This document shows, piece by piece, positions 26,521-36,392 of a stretch of DNA of 49,124 nt. The notes beneath the pieces are model-generated. The model searched no databases. It was not told the origin of the DNA and saw nothing but the letters and a program-made list of their open reading frames with translations. The DNA is taken from NCBI GenBank assembly GCA_036519475.1, contig DATDLD010000098.1, forward strand, positions 1-49,124, in the 5' to 3' direction. The translations under genes were made by a program, and so were the position numbers. The DNA is from Candidatus Nitrosopolaris sp. (GTDB lineage: Archaea; Thermoproteota; Nitrososphaeria; Nitrososphaerales; Nitrososphaeraceae). Each line of letters opens with the position of its first letter. The first letter of the stretch is position 1.

Positions 26521-27639
26521 CTTTTCAGTTAACGCCATCATCTCAATTGCCTTCCGTTGGTATCTTTTATTGTCAATTATGCAATGAATTGCATTCGTAA
26601 TCTCACTCGATTGACTTGATTTCAACATTATACCAATTCCAATTTTAGCTACTTTTTCTGAATTGCCGAGCTGCTCACCGTGGTTATCTATAGGTATTGT
26701 AACAATTGGCTTGCCAAATTGGATAGCCTGTGAAATAACTGCATGGCCGCCACGCATAACCAGTACGTCTGCTATTGCAAAGATTTCATCCCGTACCGTA
26801 CACCACTCATAATACCATCCTGAATGTGAAATTTTCTTGGGGGTCGTATCACCACCAGGCGTCCCCGCAGAAATAATGTACTGTGTTTCAGGCCGTAGAG
26901 CCTTGCATGCATCAAGTGCAGTTTGAATAAATGGTATTCGCGTTTCTCGTGGGCCGCTGACATGGACAAATACAATAGGTTTTGTTCTGTTTAGCTCGAG
27001 TGTTTGAGATACCTTCTTCATCTGCTCTTCACTAACAGAGATTCCAGGCGTTGTAAAACCTACATATTCAAGTTTTGCCACCGGAGTGATAATACCCCAG
27101 ATATTATTTTCTGCAATTGTGTAAGGAGGAGGAAGATCAGGTATAAGTATCTTATCTGCAACTGACCACATTAGCCCAAGAAATTCGCCATTCCACTTTT
27201 CATAAAGTCGGGCTGCCTTGAACCTCCTGAGTCGCGGTGAGAGTAAAAGTTTAATCTGATTCAATAGAACGACAACAGGAATTCTCAAAAGTTTCCCTGT
27301 GAGGAGTGAAGAAAGCCTAGTATCCGAAACGACTATGTCTGGATTATACCAGATCATATGATTGAGTTCTGTGTTTATCTGTTTTGAGAAGTTGGTAAAT
27401 AAACGCGGAAGCCTTGCAATGCTGTGCTTTATTGAAAAGCCCCCTTCTGCACTCCAAGCTAATTCTAAGGGAGGAACCTTTAGACATTCGTATCCTTCCA
27501 TAGATATGTATCTTGCTGCTTCTCCGAATGACGAAAACTTAATCTTCACTCCCGAGTCTTTCAACTGAGTTGCTATCTTGACAAGTCTAGTCGCATGACC
27601 TAGTCCTACGCCATATGCTGTAAAATATGCTCGCATCAA
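26470..27639 (-). CDS. GT-B glycosyltransferase (MurG/GT28-GT1-like)
   Basis: N-terminal YGVGLGHATR. C-terminal VMRGGHAVISQAIQFGKPIVTIPI resembles the nucleotide-sugar binding half of GT28/GT1 enzymes. Confidence 0.7.
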   Translation of the reverse strand: MMRAYFTAYGVGLGHATRLVKIATQLKDSGVKIKFSSFGEAARYISMEGYECLKVPPLELAWSAEGGFSIKHSIARLPRLFTNFSKQINTELNHMIWYNPDIVVSDTRLSSLLTGKLLRIPVVVLLNQIKLLLSPRLRRFKAARLYEKWNGEFLGLMWSVADKILIPDLPPPYTIAENNIWGIITPVAKLEYVGFTTPGISVSEEQMKKVSQTLELNRTKPIVFVHVSGPRETRIPFIQTALDACKALRPETQYIISAGTPGGDTTPKKISHSGWYYEWCTVRDEIFAIADVLVMRGGHAVISQAIQFGKPIVTIPIDNHGEQLGNSEKVAKIGIGIMLKSSQSSEITNAIHCIIDNKRYQRKAIEMMALTEKLNGIDNVVKIIRSYLK

Positions 27640-27717
27640 ATTAATTATAAAGGTGATGAAAAAGATATGATCAGATATATAGAGCTAATCCAACTAATGT
27701 GTGAAACAGTAGGGCTA

Positions 27718-28341
27718 CTATAAACTATCTTTACTCTCAAGAGTAACTCTTATAACCTTCCCGTCGGGTGTTAATTCTTTAAATACAAATGCTTCAAACC
27801 TAAACAATTTCCATCTTGATATAAGCCACGTGCTTGAAGGTGCACCTGCCTTACGACACAAATTTGAAAGATAATCATTAACGCTCCAATTCATTTCTAC
27901 TGGGACTTGTGGAAGCAATAGGCCTGCACCGTATGGTGATTGCAAAATTAGACCATCCCTACCGATCTTTATATTTTTCTCATAATCTGCGGTCGATTCT
28001 GCTTTAATTTCTTCCAGGGGAGTAAGCACGCTTATTTCGAAAATAATATTAGCAAATTCATGCAGAGTCACTCTTGGAAACCGAGGATCCTGTGTTGCAG
28101 CTGCTATCGAAGCTTCAATCACAGACTTATATAGTTGTTTCTCGGGGAGGGGATAACCTATGCAGCCTCTCAAATGCTCTTTGTTGTCCCTATCCAAGGA
28201 ATTCAAAGTTACAAATGCTCCAACCTTATGAGAAACCTGAGCAATTCCCTCAGGATCAAGAATAGTAGAATCCGTAAGATAATGCTTTACTGCGCTTCTA
28301 GCTATTTTAACTAATTTCTCTCCATTTTCACATGAAATCAT
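27718..28341 (-). CDS. AMMECR1 domain protein
   Basis: LRGCIGYPLP signature, DPRFP, and the typical 207-aa length. Confidence 0.8.
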   Translation of the reverse strand: MISCENGEKLVKIARSAVKHYLTDSTILDPEGIAQVSHKVGAFVTLNSLDRDNKEHLRGCIGYPLPEKQLYKSVIEASIAAATQDPRFPRVTLHEFANIIFEISVLTPLEEIKAESTADYEKNIKIGRDGLILQSPYGAGLLLPQVPVEMNWSVNDYLSNLCRKAGAPSSTWLISRWKLFRFEAFVFKELTPDGKVIRVTLESKDSL

Positions 28342-28439
28342 CTTGTAAATCCCATCGAATCAAAATAATTTTGATTTTTAATTTTAATTTTGACGTGAGT
28401 GACAAATTTTTACAGAATTGTGGGTATGATTTATGATGT

Positions 28440-28748
28440 TCATTGTTCATAAAGATTATTGATAAGACCTGCCAGTTTAACATCGAACGTACTTATTCCA
28501 TCTAGGTCATGCGTGATCAAGTTAATTTCTATTCGATTATAGACATTCATCCACTCTGGGTGATGATTCATCTTCTCAGCTTCTAATGCTACTTTAGTCA
28601 TAAAACCAAACGCGTTCACAAAGTTATCAAAATCTAGCGATCGATTTAATTTACCATTGACAACTTTCCATCCTGAAAGTTTAACAACTTCAGTCTGTAT
28701 TTCTGATTCTGATAGCTTACGGTAATCCTCCACTTTCATAGTACACAT
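28440..28748 (-). CDS. phhB: pterin-4a-carbinolamine dehydratase
   Basis: NHHPEWMNVYNRIEINLITHD..GIS..D signature. 102 aa. Confidence 0.8.
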   Translation of the reverse strand: MCTMKVEDYRKLSESEIQTEVVKLSGWKVVNGKLNRSLDFDNFVNAFGFMTKVALEAEKMNHHPEWMNVYNRIEINLITHDLDGISTFDVKLAGLINNLYEQ

Positions 28749-29100
28749 GATGTGGACCTATTTAATAGAGCTTTAGTTAAGGAAATCCGCATGGGTAAAC
28801 TAAGTCGTTGTCACAAGAATAAAGATAATAAAATCTCAATCCTCTCCCTGACACTATTGCCCCTTCCTTGGAATATCAGCAAGCTAGATTGGGTTTAGTT
28901 TGTGAACGAATTATTGATAGTTATTTTCACAAAACGAATAAACTAAACGAGTCAAATTGATTATTGGATAGTAATAACTAAGTTTACAGGCGACGCTTGA
29001 TCTTAGATATCGTACTTTTCGTCAGGGCAGAGCTGTTAATCATTGTATCAAGGCGTGCGGATGACTAGAATCAAGCTTCCTTTCCTGTTAGTATTGATAT

Positions 29101-30126
29101 TCAAAGAAACTGAGAAATGATCTTGGCGGCTTTCTCAGCTCCATTGCTCTGCGCTGGTGTGTTAATACCGGATTCAATCTTATCTTCAATTAGAGACTCA
29201 AGCCGGAATATATCGTTATATCTGAATCCAAGCCTAAGAGCACCCTCTTCTTGCTCGAAATGGTTCTTTATAGGAATAAATATCCCTGGCGTACCGTATG
29301 TGATAGATTCATCGATAGTTGATCTTCCAGCAAGAGAGATGATAACATCTGATGCACAGACAAATTCATGCAGGTTATCTACAAATCCTAGGTTGCGAAA
29401 GTCGGCAGATTCACCCAATCTTAAAGATGGACCGGGAGCAACTATAAGGTCGATATCCATCCTTCTTTTGAGTTTTCTGTAGGCCTCTATTGATTTTTCA
29501 ATGAGGTATTTTCCAGCATCTGTCCCCCCAATACTGACTAGTACGGTTTTCTTTTCGATTCCCAATTTGTCACGTAATGCTTTTCTATCTGCATCGAGCT
29601 GCCTGACGATTGGCCCTACGTATACTAGATTATCTGTATCTTTACCAGACTTTGGTAGTATAACACAATCACATCTAGCCATCATCTTACGCATCTCAGT
29701 GTTTATTTTTTTTTCTAGTACAGAAGCAATACCCTTAAGGAAGTGGGTTTCAGTTATATCTGTAATAAGAATTCGTTTCCTATTCTCTTTTTCCCCCAAA
29801 GCAATTGAAGCGAAATCTTCATCACTAACTATTGTATCATTACGTGTATTCTCAATCACACACTGTGCATCACGCTTACATCTTCTATAATATGAAATAT
29901 ATTTTATGAACCATAGTAATGAGTGATGTAATTCACCAGCTTTTACCAAGAACTTTTCAGGTGTGTATAGATCTAGAACCCGGTAACCTCTTTTAGCGAT
30001 TAGACTGCATGCACCATTGCCACTTATGAAGACTGTTTTATGACGATCTCCATTTAATTTTTCACAAATTGCTAGATCCCTTGTGGCATGGCCCAGCCCT
30101 ATCGGACTTGTAAAAAAAAGGATCAT
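29101..30126 (-). CDS. GT-B glycosyltransferase, paralog of 26470..27639
   Basis: SPIGLGHATRDLAI at the N-terminus and GRSTIDESITYGTPGIFIPI at the C-terminus, the same layout as the other GT. Confidence 0.7.
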   Translation of the reverse strand: MILFFTSPIGLGHATRDLAICEKLNGDRHKTVFISGNGACSLIAKRGYRVLDLYTPEKFLVKAGELHHSLLWFIKYISYYRRCKRDAQCVIENTRNDTIVSDEDFASIALGEKENRKRILITDITETHFLKGIASVLEKKINTEMRKMMARCDCVILPKSGKDTDNLVYVGPIVRQLDADRKALRDKLGIEKKTVLVSIGGTDAGKYLIEKSIEAYRKLKRRMDIDLIVAPGPSLRLGESADFRNLGFVDNLHEFVCASDVIISLAGRSTIDESITYGTPGIFIPIKNHFEQEEGALRLGFRYNDIFRLESLIEDKIESGINTPAQSNGAEKAAKIISQFL

Positions 30127-30604
30127 TTCAGAATGGGATTAATTGAATATACCTCATATATTGCTGAATCGAATTTTTTTCCCTATTTGTCCGATATCTA
30201 AGTTGTTGCCTTTATAAAAAATCAAAAGAAACTGCCTCCCTCACCCTATTCTGGCATTTGGATGTGTATCAATCAACTCGCAATGAAAAAGTCTCATTTG
30301 TGCAAGCTTTTCAGCTGGATTCTTGTCAGGAATTACTAGCAATAAAGGATGTAGTAATAGGATTAGATCCTTGCTCTAGCTTTTTTCAGCACCTAGATTT
30401 CTAATTCCTTGAGTGAATCTTTTCTCCCACATTCAGATTATAGCGTGTGTCTATTTCTTTGATATATCCTCGTCAAGTGCTATCAATTAATGTGAACAAA
30501 TCCAATTGTTATTTGTCTCTAGAGATATGTGTAATATTTATCTATTTTGAGGCTATGAACTATTAATTACATGGGAAAATGAGCTAAGTGCAAAAGAGGA
30601 TGGT

Positions 30605-31048
30605 CTACCTGTAGGACTTTTGCTTTCTGCGTCTAGCTCCTGGCCCACCAAACTTTTTCGATTCGGCTTGCCTTGGGTCACCCGCGAGCAGGTGTCTATC
30701 AAACTCTATAATTTTCTGTCTAATTTCTTCGCGTACACTTTTAGCCAGAGGATGATCTTTAGCATCTTTGTTACCTTTTACATCACCTGATAGAGCCCTA
30801 GAAATCGCCACGGCACTAGCAAAAGCCTGTCCCATAAAGCCACCGCCTGCTACTCTTACGCTAATATCCACCTTATTCCTCAGCTCTCCTATAACGTTGA
30901 GGGGAGTTAAAACCAGCTCTTTAGCCATCTGTGGTTCCCAAAGCTCTGCTGGAATTTTATTTATTCGTACCTTGCCGTTACCTTTTGATATTGTAGCCAC
31001 AGCTCGGCAAGTTTTTCGTTGACCTGAATAGAGCTCAAGTCTATTCAT
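30605..31048 (-). CDS. rps9: 30S ribosomal protein S9 (uS9)
   Basis: GGG.MGQA motif and C-terminal ...GARRRKQKSYR. Overlaps the L13 stop. Confidence 0.9.
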   Translation of the reverse strand: MNRLELYSGQRKTCRAVATISKGNGKVRINKIPAELWEPQMAKELVLTPLNVIGELRNKVDISVRVAGGGFMGQAFASAVAISRALSGDVKGNKDAKDHPLAKSVREEIRQKIIEFDRHLLAGDPRQAESKKFGGPGARRRKQKSYR

Positions 31049-31521
31049 GAGATCGGAACTCCCTTCCAGCCAATTTCTGCTGCTATATCACCAATCGCAG
31101 TGTAGTTTGACTCGGGCCTAGTGATTTTAGATTCCACGAAAGTTTCTTTATTTTTACCAGTGAGCTCAATAGGGGTACCGATATAAACCCTTAATCGCTT
31201 CATAGCTTCAACACCTGATGCCCTTCTTTTCGGTACCATTCCTCTAACCATTTTTGTTAAAATTTTGTCTGGTCTTCTTGGGTGAAATGGGCCATGAATA
31301 GGATTGGTAGCAGAGCTAATTTCAAGGGATACTTTGTAACTCTCAATAGTCATGTGTCTTTTTCCGGATACCATAGCCATTTCAGCATTTACTATAGTTA
31401 CTGTGCTGCCATCAAGCAGCAGTTTAGAAACATGTGAGCATAGCCTACCTGCAATACAATTTCTAGCATCTACTATGATCTGTCCAACTGAATCAGGATG
31501 TTTTAAGTGCTCTTTAGCCAA
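31045..31521 (-). CDS. rpl13: 50S ribosomal protein L13 (uL13)
   Basis: IVDARNCIAGRL..., MVRGMVP..., and the conserved operon position between L18e and S9. Confidence 0.9.
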   Translation of the reverse strand: MAKEHLKHPDSVGQIIVDARNCIAGRLCSHVSKLLLDGSTVTIVNAEMAMVSGKRHMTIESYKVSLEISSATNPIHGPFHPRRPDKILTKMVRGMVPKRRASGVEAMKRLRVYIGTPIELTGKNKETFVESKITRPESNYTAIGDIAAEIGWKGVPIS

Positions 31522-31894
31522 TTATCCTTACACCTTTGCCGTCAGGAAAGTTCTCTATTAAGTCATCCAAAGTAATAACCTTGCCTCCAGAATCTATTAT
31601 TCTCTTAGCACCGACTTGAGAAAATGAAAAGGCGCAAACTGTTAGCTTATGGCCGATTGAACCAGATCCAAGAACCTTACCTGGTATGATGACCGTTTCG
31701 CCATTATTCGTAATCTTGGCGAGTCTAGAGGTATTGACCTCTCTTCTATTTGATCTATGAGCCGAAAGCTTCTGCTCAAGGGCTTTCCAAATAGGGGCAT
31801 TGTGGTTCTTAAACGCTTTACGTAGGCTCCACCGCATCGTTTCTCTAAAGGTATTTGTAAGCATGACCTCTTCAACTATCAATCTTGAGTCCAC
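31514..31894 (-). CDS. rpl18e: 50S ribosomal protein L18e (eL18)
   Basis: APIWKALEQKL...REVNTSRL...IPGKVLGSG pattern and operon context. Confidence 0.8.
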   Translation of the reverse strand: MDSRLIVEEVMLTNTFRETMRWSLRKAFKNHNAPIWKALEQKLSAHRSNRREVNTSRLAKITNNGETVIIPGKVLGSGSIGHKLTVCAFSFSQVGAKRIIDSGGKVITLDDLIENFPDGKGVRIIG

Positions 31895-31906
31895 AAATAA
31901 ACGTAC

Positions 31907-32569
31907 CTAGTCCTTCTTTGACAATTCGAGCGAACGAACTACATGATGAAAATTCTTAATTTTTGAGTTTATAATATCGATTGCTGTCAACACTGTATCT
32001 TCCGCCTTTAACGCTCCATTTGTTTCTATGGTAAGAATAGATTCATTCCCTTCATCTCCATCAGAAACAATGGCTGCAGACGTTGGCTGCCATTTGGCAT
32101 GATTCCTCCCTACCCCTAATCTTGCATATGCTTCGAATTTGATCTTTTCAGCCGGAGCAAGAACTACAATAGGAATATCTTTGCTAACGGGCTTTACAAC
32201 TTCGTCCTCAGAAATTAGTTCAGCGGTGGTTACTACCCTAGTTTTTTCATGTGCCTCTGAATCTAGTACTAACAATACTCTACATCTGGAACAGCCTAGA
32301 GTGCTTTTGCAATCGCAGCTATGAGGCATTACAAACCTAGCCAAATCTGTCAATAATGGGATCAGGCCTAACCTATGAGCTATAGCTTCGTCGTGCATAA
32401 CTGATGAGTTTTCAAGTACTACGACATCATCGATAGCTAATGTAGGGACCTCGCTTATAGAAATTCTTCTGAGAGCATTTACATATGGTCTTGGAACATC
32501 AGTGAATTTGATTTTTATCCTATCATCAGTTTTTTCTAGAACATCAATAGAAAGAGAAGGAGCCATCAA
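31907..32569 (-). CDS. rpoD: DNA-directed RNA polymerase subunit D (Rpo3)
   Basis: NALRRISISEVPTLAIDDV, HDEAIAHRLGLIPL, and the Cys cluster CDCKSTLGCSRC. Confidence 0.85.
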   Translation of the reverse strand: MMAPSLSIDVLEKTDDRIKIKFTDVPRPYVNALRRISISEVPTLAIDDVVVLENSSVMHDEAIAHRLGLIPLLTDLARFVMPHSCDCKSTLGCSRCRVLLVLDSEAHEKTRVVTTAELISEDEVVKPVSKDIPIVVLAPAEKIKFEAYARLGVGRNHAKWQPTSAAIVSDGDEGNESILTIETNGALKAEDTVLTAIDIINSKIKNFHHVVRSLELSKKD

Positions 32570-32995
32570 TTGAGTTTTCTTGGCGTAGGCGTTTTAAAAA
32601 TGTACCTACCTAGGAGAACAGGACAAGTAATCCCATACCCCTAAGGCTGAAAACTAAGTGAAAAAAACCTATTACCAGCCTGGTCACTCTTCTCGGAAAC
32701 CAAGAGCTATAAAAGCACATCGAATTTGATTGGCGCAAGGTCTGTTGTAACTCCGGCATTCTTACAGTCATTTTATTTACAGCCGTTACACCTAACAGAA
32801 AAATTCAGAGCTTTAGGTGTTCTTAAGGACTGCGTGATGTAATTTGCCTTCTAATGAGGGGATTATGATGCTGATCTTATTCTATCTCTTTTAGATAATA
32901 GAGCCGATTTGGCAGATCGCAATTGAGAATATCGCTGAGATCGATCTGATGAGTGCTCGAATATATATGTCCCTACCTATTATACTCTCAGTCGA

Positions 32996-33685
32996 ATGCC
33001 GGATAGCAAAATAACTGTTGTTCGCCTAACCTTGGAGGGCAACCGATTTGAGATTTTGGTTAAGCCTGATCCAGCATTGGAGTTTAAGCTAGGAAAAAGG
33101 ACAGACTTGTCAAGTGTACTAGTTTCAGACGAAATTTATTCTGATTCAAATAAGGGTTCACGCGCTGGCAATGAAAAATTGACGAAATACTTTAAGACTA
33201 CAGATTCTATTGAAATTTCAAGACAGATCCTGCTAAAGGGGGAACTTAGTCTTACAACTGATCAACGTAGAAGAATGGTGGAGGAAAAAAGGAAACAGAT
33301 TGTTCAATATATTAACAAAAGTTTTGTTGATCCTAGGACACATGCCCCTCATCCACCAACTAGAATCGAGAGTGCAATGGATGAGGTACGAATTACCATT
33401 GACCCGTTTAAGAGAGCTGAAGATCAGACAAAAATGATAGTCGAAGCTATTAGAAAAACTATACCTCTCAAGTCTGAAACCTTGGTTTTAAGCATAACGG
33501 TTCCCGCACAAAGCGCTGCACATACTTTTAGTGTCCTCAAAGGAGCCGGGAACCTTAAGGACCAACAATGGCTGTCAGACGGTTCTTTAAGAGCTGTACT
33601 AGAGATAAACGCCGGATTGAAAGGTATATTATTGGAGAAGATAGCCTACGCAACCAAAGGAACTGCTAAGATAACAGAAGAATAA
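32996..33685 (+). CDS. sdo1: ribosome maturation protein SBDS/Sdo1
   Basis: VVRLTLEGNRFEILVKPD start. 229 aa. It heads the exosome superoperon. Confidence 0.85.
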   Translation: MPDSKITVVRLTLEGNRFEILVKPDPALEFKLGKRTDLSSVLVSDEIYSDSNKGSRAGNEKLTKYFKTTDSIEISRQILLKGELSLTTDQRRRMVEEKRKQIVQYINKSFVDPRTHAPHPPTRIESAMDEVRITIDPFKRAEDQTKMIVEAIRKTIPLKSETLVLSITVPAQSAAHTFSVLKGAGNLKDQQWLSDGSLRAVLEINAGLKGILLEKIAYATKGTAKITEE

Positions 33686-33768
33686 GTGGGTGGCGTTTCG
33701 ACACTTAACATATAAGTATGATGTTACTGACCCAAAAGGAGAGATGAAGAAAGAAGTGATTTTAACTA

Positions 33769-34605
33769 GTGACTATTCAGCTTCGGAGGTCCGATCATAA
33801 CGAGATGCAAGAATTTAAAAGGAAATATGTTGTTCCTGGTGATAAAATCGTCGAAGGAAATTTCAGATTGTTAATGAATGCAATCAGATCAGGCAATTCA
33901 ATTTTCGCCACCAGAATAGGAATTGCAGAGGTCGGAAGAGACGGTATCAAAGTGATACCTTTATCTGGTGTATATATTCCTAGGGTAAATGATATTGTGA
34001 TAGGGAAAATAATCGATCACTCTTCGCTTTCCTGGGAGGTAGATATTAATTCTTGTTTTTCGGCCCACCTACCAGCACAGGACGTGTTCGGTCGAGATTT
34101 TTCACCTGCCAGAGATGATATGGGAAGGCAACTGGCAATAGGCGATCTAATTTCTTCCAGAATTATGGCATTTGATAGAACCAGGGATCCGATGTTAACA
34201 ATTCAGGATAAAGATTTGGGTAAGATACCTCGAGGTGAATTTCTGAAAATTTCTGCAACCCGAGTTCCAAGGCTGATTGGAAAGCGCGGTTCAATGATAC
34301 AGATGATAGAGCAGGCAACCCAAACTAGAGTATTGATCGGTCAAAATGGAATCATAGTTGTTAGCGGCAGAACTTCTGAAGGAATAAAATTATCAATTAG
34401 GGCGATAAAGATGGTGGAGGAAGAAGCCCATACCGCTAACCTAACCCAGCGCATAAAAGTCTTACTGAATGTCCAAGAACCCGGCTCCCAAGATGCTTTC
34501 CCACCAACTCAGACCCAAAATGGCCAGCTAGAGGAGGTTCAGTCAAGTATCCAAGAAGTAGAGGAAGAGTTAGAAGAGGAAGTCAAAAAGGGTGAGAAGG
34601 TGTAA
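33769..34605 (+). CDS. rrp4: exosome complex RNA-binding protein Rrp4 (S1 + KH)
   Basis: VVPGD..., S1-like core, KH motif IGKRGSMIQ. The true start may be the in-frame ATG at 33805. The acidic C-terminal tail is unusual. Confidence 0.85.
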   Translation: MTIQLRRSDHNEMQEFKRKYVVPGDKIVEGNFRLLMNAIRSGNSIFATRIGIAEVGRDGIKVIPLSGVYIPRVNDIVIGKIIDHSSLSWEVDINSCFSAHLPAQDVFGRDFSPARDDMGRQLAIGDLISSRIMAFDRTRDPMLTIQDKDLGKIPRGEFLKISATRVPRLIGKRGSMIQMIEQATQTRVLIGQNGIIVVSGRTSEGIKLSIRAIKMVEEEAHTANLTQRIKVLLNVQEPGSQDAFPPTQTQNGQLEEVQSSIQEVEEELEEEVKKGEKV

Positions 34606-35342
34606 TGACTCAGACAAGAAATTTAATAGATGAACAGGGTATACGTACCGATGGTAGACGAGCAGACGAACTGAGAGAAATAAAAATAACCGTAGGTGTA
34701 GTAAAAAACGCTGATGGTTCAGCATTTATAGAGTTTGGAAGAAATAAAATAGTGACAGCAGTATATGGACCTAGGGAAGTACATCCAAAACACATGGCAC
34801 TTCCTGACCGTTGCGTTTTAAGATGTAGATACCATATGACTCCCTTCTCAACAGATACACGCAAAAATCCAGCTCCTTCCAGAAGAGAAGTCGAGATATC
34901 GAAGGTCATGAGAGAATCATTGGAACCGGCATTGATTTTAGAAGATTATCCTCGTGCCGCGATAGATGTTTTTGTTGAAGTGCTGCAAGCAGATGGAGGC
35001 TCACGATGTGCAGGGATTACAGCTGCATCATTAGCATTAGCCGATGCAGGGATCAATATGCGAGACATCGTCGCAGCATGCGCTGCAGGCAAAGTAGATG
35101 ATAAGATTGTACTCGACATTAATGACACTGAAGATAAAGAGGGCGGTGCAGATATGCCTGTAGCATATATGCCTCATCTTGAGCAAGTAACATTGTTACA
35201 GCTAGATGGCATTTTAACTCAAGGACAGTTTAATGAATGCATTGACATGGCAATAAATGGTTGTAAGAAGGTATATGAGATCCAAAGACAGACTTTGATG
35301 CATAAGTACTTCGGCAGTGAAACGGAGTTGAAAGAGGAATAA
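34605..35342 (+). CDS. rrp41: exosome complex exonuclease Rrp41 (RNase PH)
   Basis: RTDGRRADELR, GSAFIEFG, ADGGSRCAGITAASLALADAG. Confidence 0.9.
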   Translation: MTQTRNLIDEQGIRTDGRRADELREIKITVGVVKNADGSAFIEFGRNKIVTAVYGPREVHPKHMALPDRCVLRCRYHMTPFSTDTRKNPAPSRREVEISKVMRESLEPALILEDYPRAAIDVFVEVLQADGGSRCAGITAASLALADAGINMRDIVAACAAGKVDDKIVLDINDTEDKEGGADMPVAYMPHLEQVTLLQLDGILTQGQFNECIDMAINGCKKVYEIQRQTLMHKYFGSETELKEE

Positions 35343-36169
35343 TGAGTTCATCTAGACGCTCAACAATAATAGTTGAACATTTGCGAAAACAACAGATGTG
35401 GGAAGCGATATCTAAGGGGAAAAGGCTGGATGGTAGGAATCTAGACGAGATAAGACCTATCGAAGCAGAAGTCAATGTAATAAGAAAAGCAAACGGATCT
35501 TCAAAGGTCAACCTCGGAAATTCAGAAGTAATTGCCGGAGTAAAAGTGGAGACTGGAAGGCCCTTCGAGGGGCTGGAAAACAAGGGTGCATTAATTCTCT
35601 CTGCTGAGATACTTCCTACCGCATCTCCGTATATTGAACCTGGTCCTCCTGATGAGGAAACAATTGAGTTGGCACGGGTGGTTGACAGAGGAATCAGAGA
35701 ATCAGAAATGATTGATCTCGATAAACTGGTCTTAGTTCCCGGCGAGATAGTCTATACGATATTCGTAGATTGCAGTATTATTAATGCAGATGGTAACCTG
35801 TTTGATGCTACGTCATACGCTGTAGTTTCAGCGTTAATAAGCAGTAAAATTCCAATATTTAAAGTTCAAGACGGTAAAGTAATAGATTCAGGAGATGTCC
35901 AAGAACCACCACTTACCACAATACCTATATCCATAACAGCAGCAAGAGTAGGTGACACGGTAATATTGGATCCCACAGCGGAAGAAGAAGCATGCATGGA
36001 CGCTAGAATTACCATTACAACCAATTCCAATAGCGATTTTACAGCCGTCCAAAAAGGATCGACTGGTGCCTTTACTCTGGAACAATTAAAGAAAGCAGCC
36101 GAGGCGGCGAGAATTAAAGGCATAGAAGTGAGAAGTAAAATCAAGGAGCTGACAAATATTGGTAAGTAG
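35342..36169 (+). CDS. rrp42: exosome complex subunit Rrp42
   Basis: RLDGRNLDEIRPI, NGSSKVNLG. RNase-PH-like fold without the Rrp41 active-site segment. Start is coupled to the rrp41 stop. Confidence 0.85.
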   Translation: MSSSRRSTIIVEHLRKQQMWEAISKGKRLDGRNLDEIRPIEAEVNVIRKANGSSKVNLGNSEVIAGVKVETGRPFEGLENKGALILSAEILPTASPYIEPGPPDEETIELARVVDRGIRESEMIDLDKLVLVPGEIVYTIFVDCSIINADGNLFDATSYAVVSALISSKIPIFKVQDGKVIDSGDVQEPPLTTIPISITAARVGDTVILDPTAEEEACMDARITITTNSNSDFTAVQKGSTGAFTLEQLKKAAEAARIKGIEVRSKIKELTNIGK

Positions 36170-36392
36170 GAAAAAGCACGTGTCCACCGCATTGAAGGGT
36201 TTGGGAATAAAATACGGATCAACTGTACGTAAGAGATATGGAAAGGCATTCAGGCTGCTAAAGCACAAGAGGCGTTGTACCTCGTGTGGATCATGGAAGT
36301 TTAGCAGAATTGCTTCTGGAATATGGTATTGTGCCAAGTGCAAATTTAAGGTGGCCGGCGGAGCATATGACATTGATTTGCAAAAGTTGTAG
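36159..36392 (+). CDS. rpl37ae: 50S ribosomal protein L37Ae (eL43)
   Basis: GIKYGSTVRKRY...CTSCGS...WYCAKCKFKVAGGAY zinc ribbon. Confidence 0.85.
   Translation: MVSRKKHVSTALKGLGIKYGSTVRKRYGKAFRLLKHKRRCTSCGSWKFSRIASGIWYCAKCKFKVAGGAYDIDLQKL

Noticed and set aside
29117-29890. Two long + strand ORFs (121 and 129 aa) antisense to the glycosyltransferase gene
   Set aside because: These are shadow ORFs. Their translations are Ser/Leu/Ile-rich low-complexity sequence with no motifs, while the minus-strand product has clear GT motifs. The same reasoning applies to the other antisense track ORFs: 4031-4249, 4694-4888, 6412-6699, 8059-8569, 12035-12847, 14379-14585, 16344-16526, 17082-17754, 25380-25712, 26772-27568, 28074-28265, 30768-31022, 31352-31875, 32139-32324, 34610-36397, 38513-39354, 44777-45947 and 47089-47352.
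32834-32945. C/D-box sRNA-like words (GTGATGT, ATGATGC, CTGA)
   Set aside because: Box spacing does not fit the C - 12 nt guide - D' / C' - 12 nt guide - D architecture, and no terminal stem is present.
32946-32962. CTGATGA-GTGCTC-GAA word resembling a hammerhead ribozyme core
   Set aside because: The would-be stem II (GUGCUC) can form at most one closing pair. There are no flanking stems I or III. The resemblance is coincidental.
36286-36366. N-terminal 27 codons of track ORF 36286-36636
   Set aside because: This part overlaps the L37Ae zinc-ribbon coding region in another frame. The Pcc1-like similarity starts after the internal ATG at 36367, so the gene was re-called as 36367-36636.
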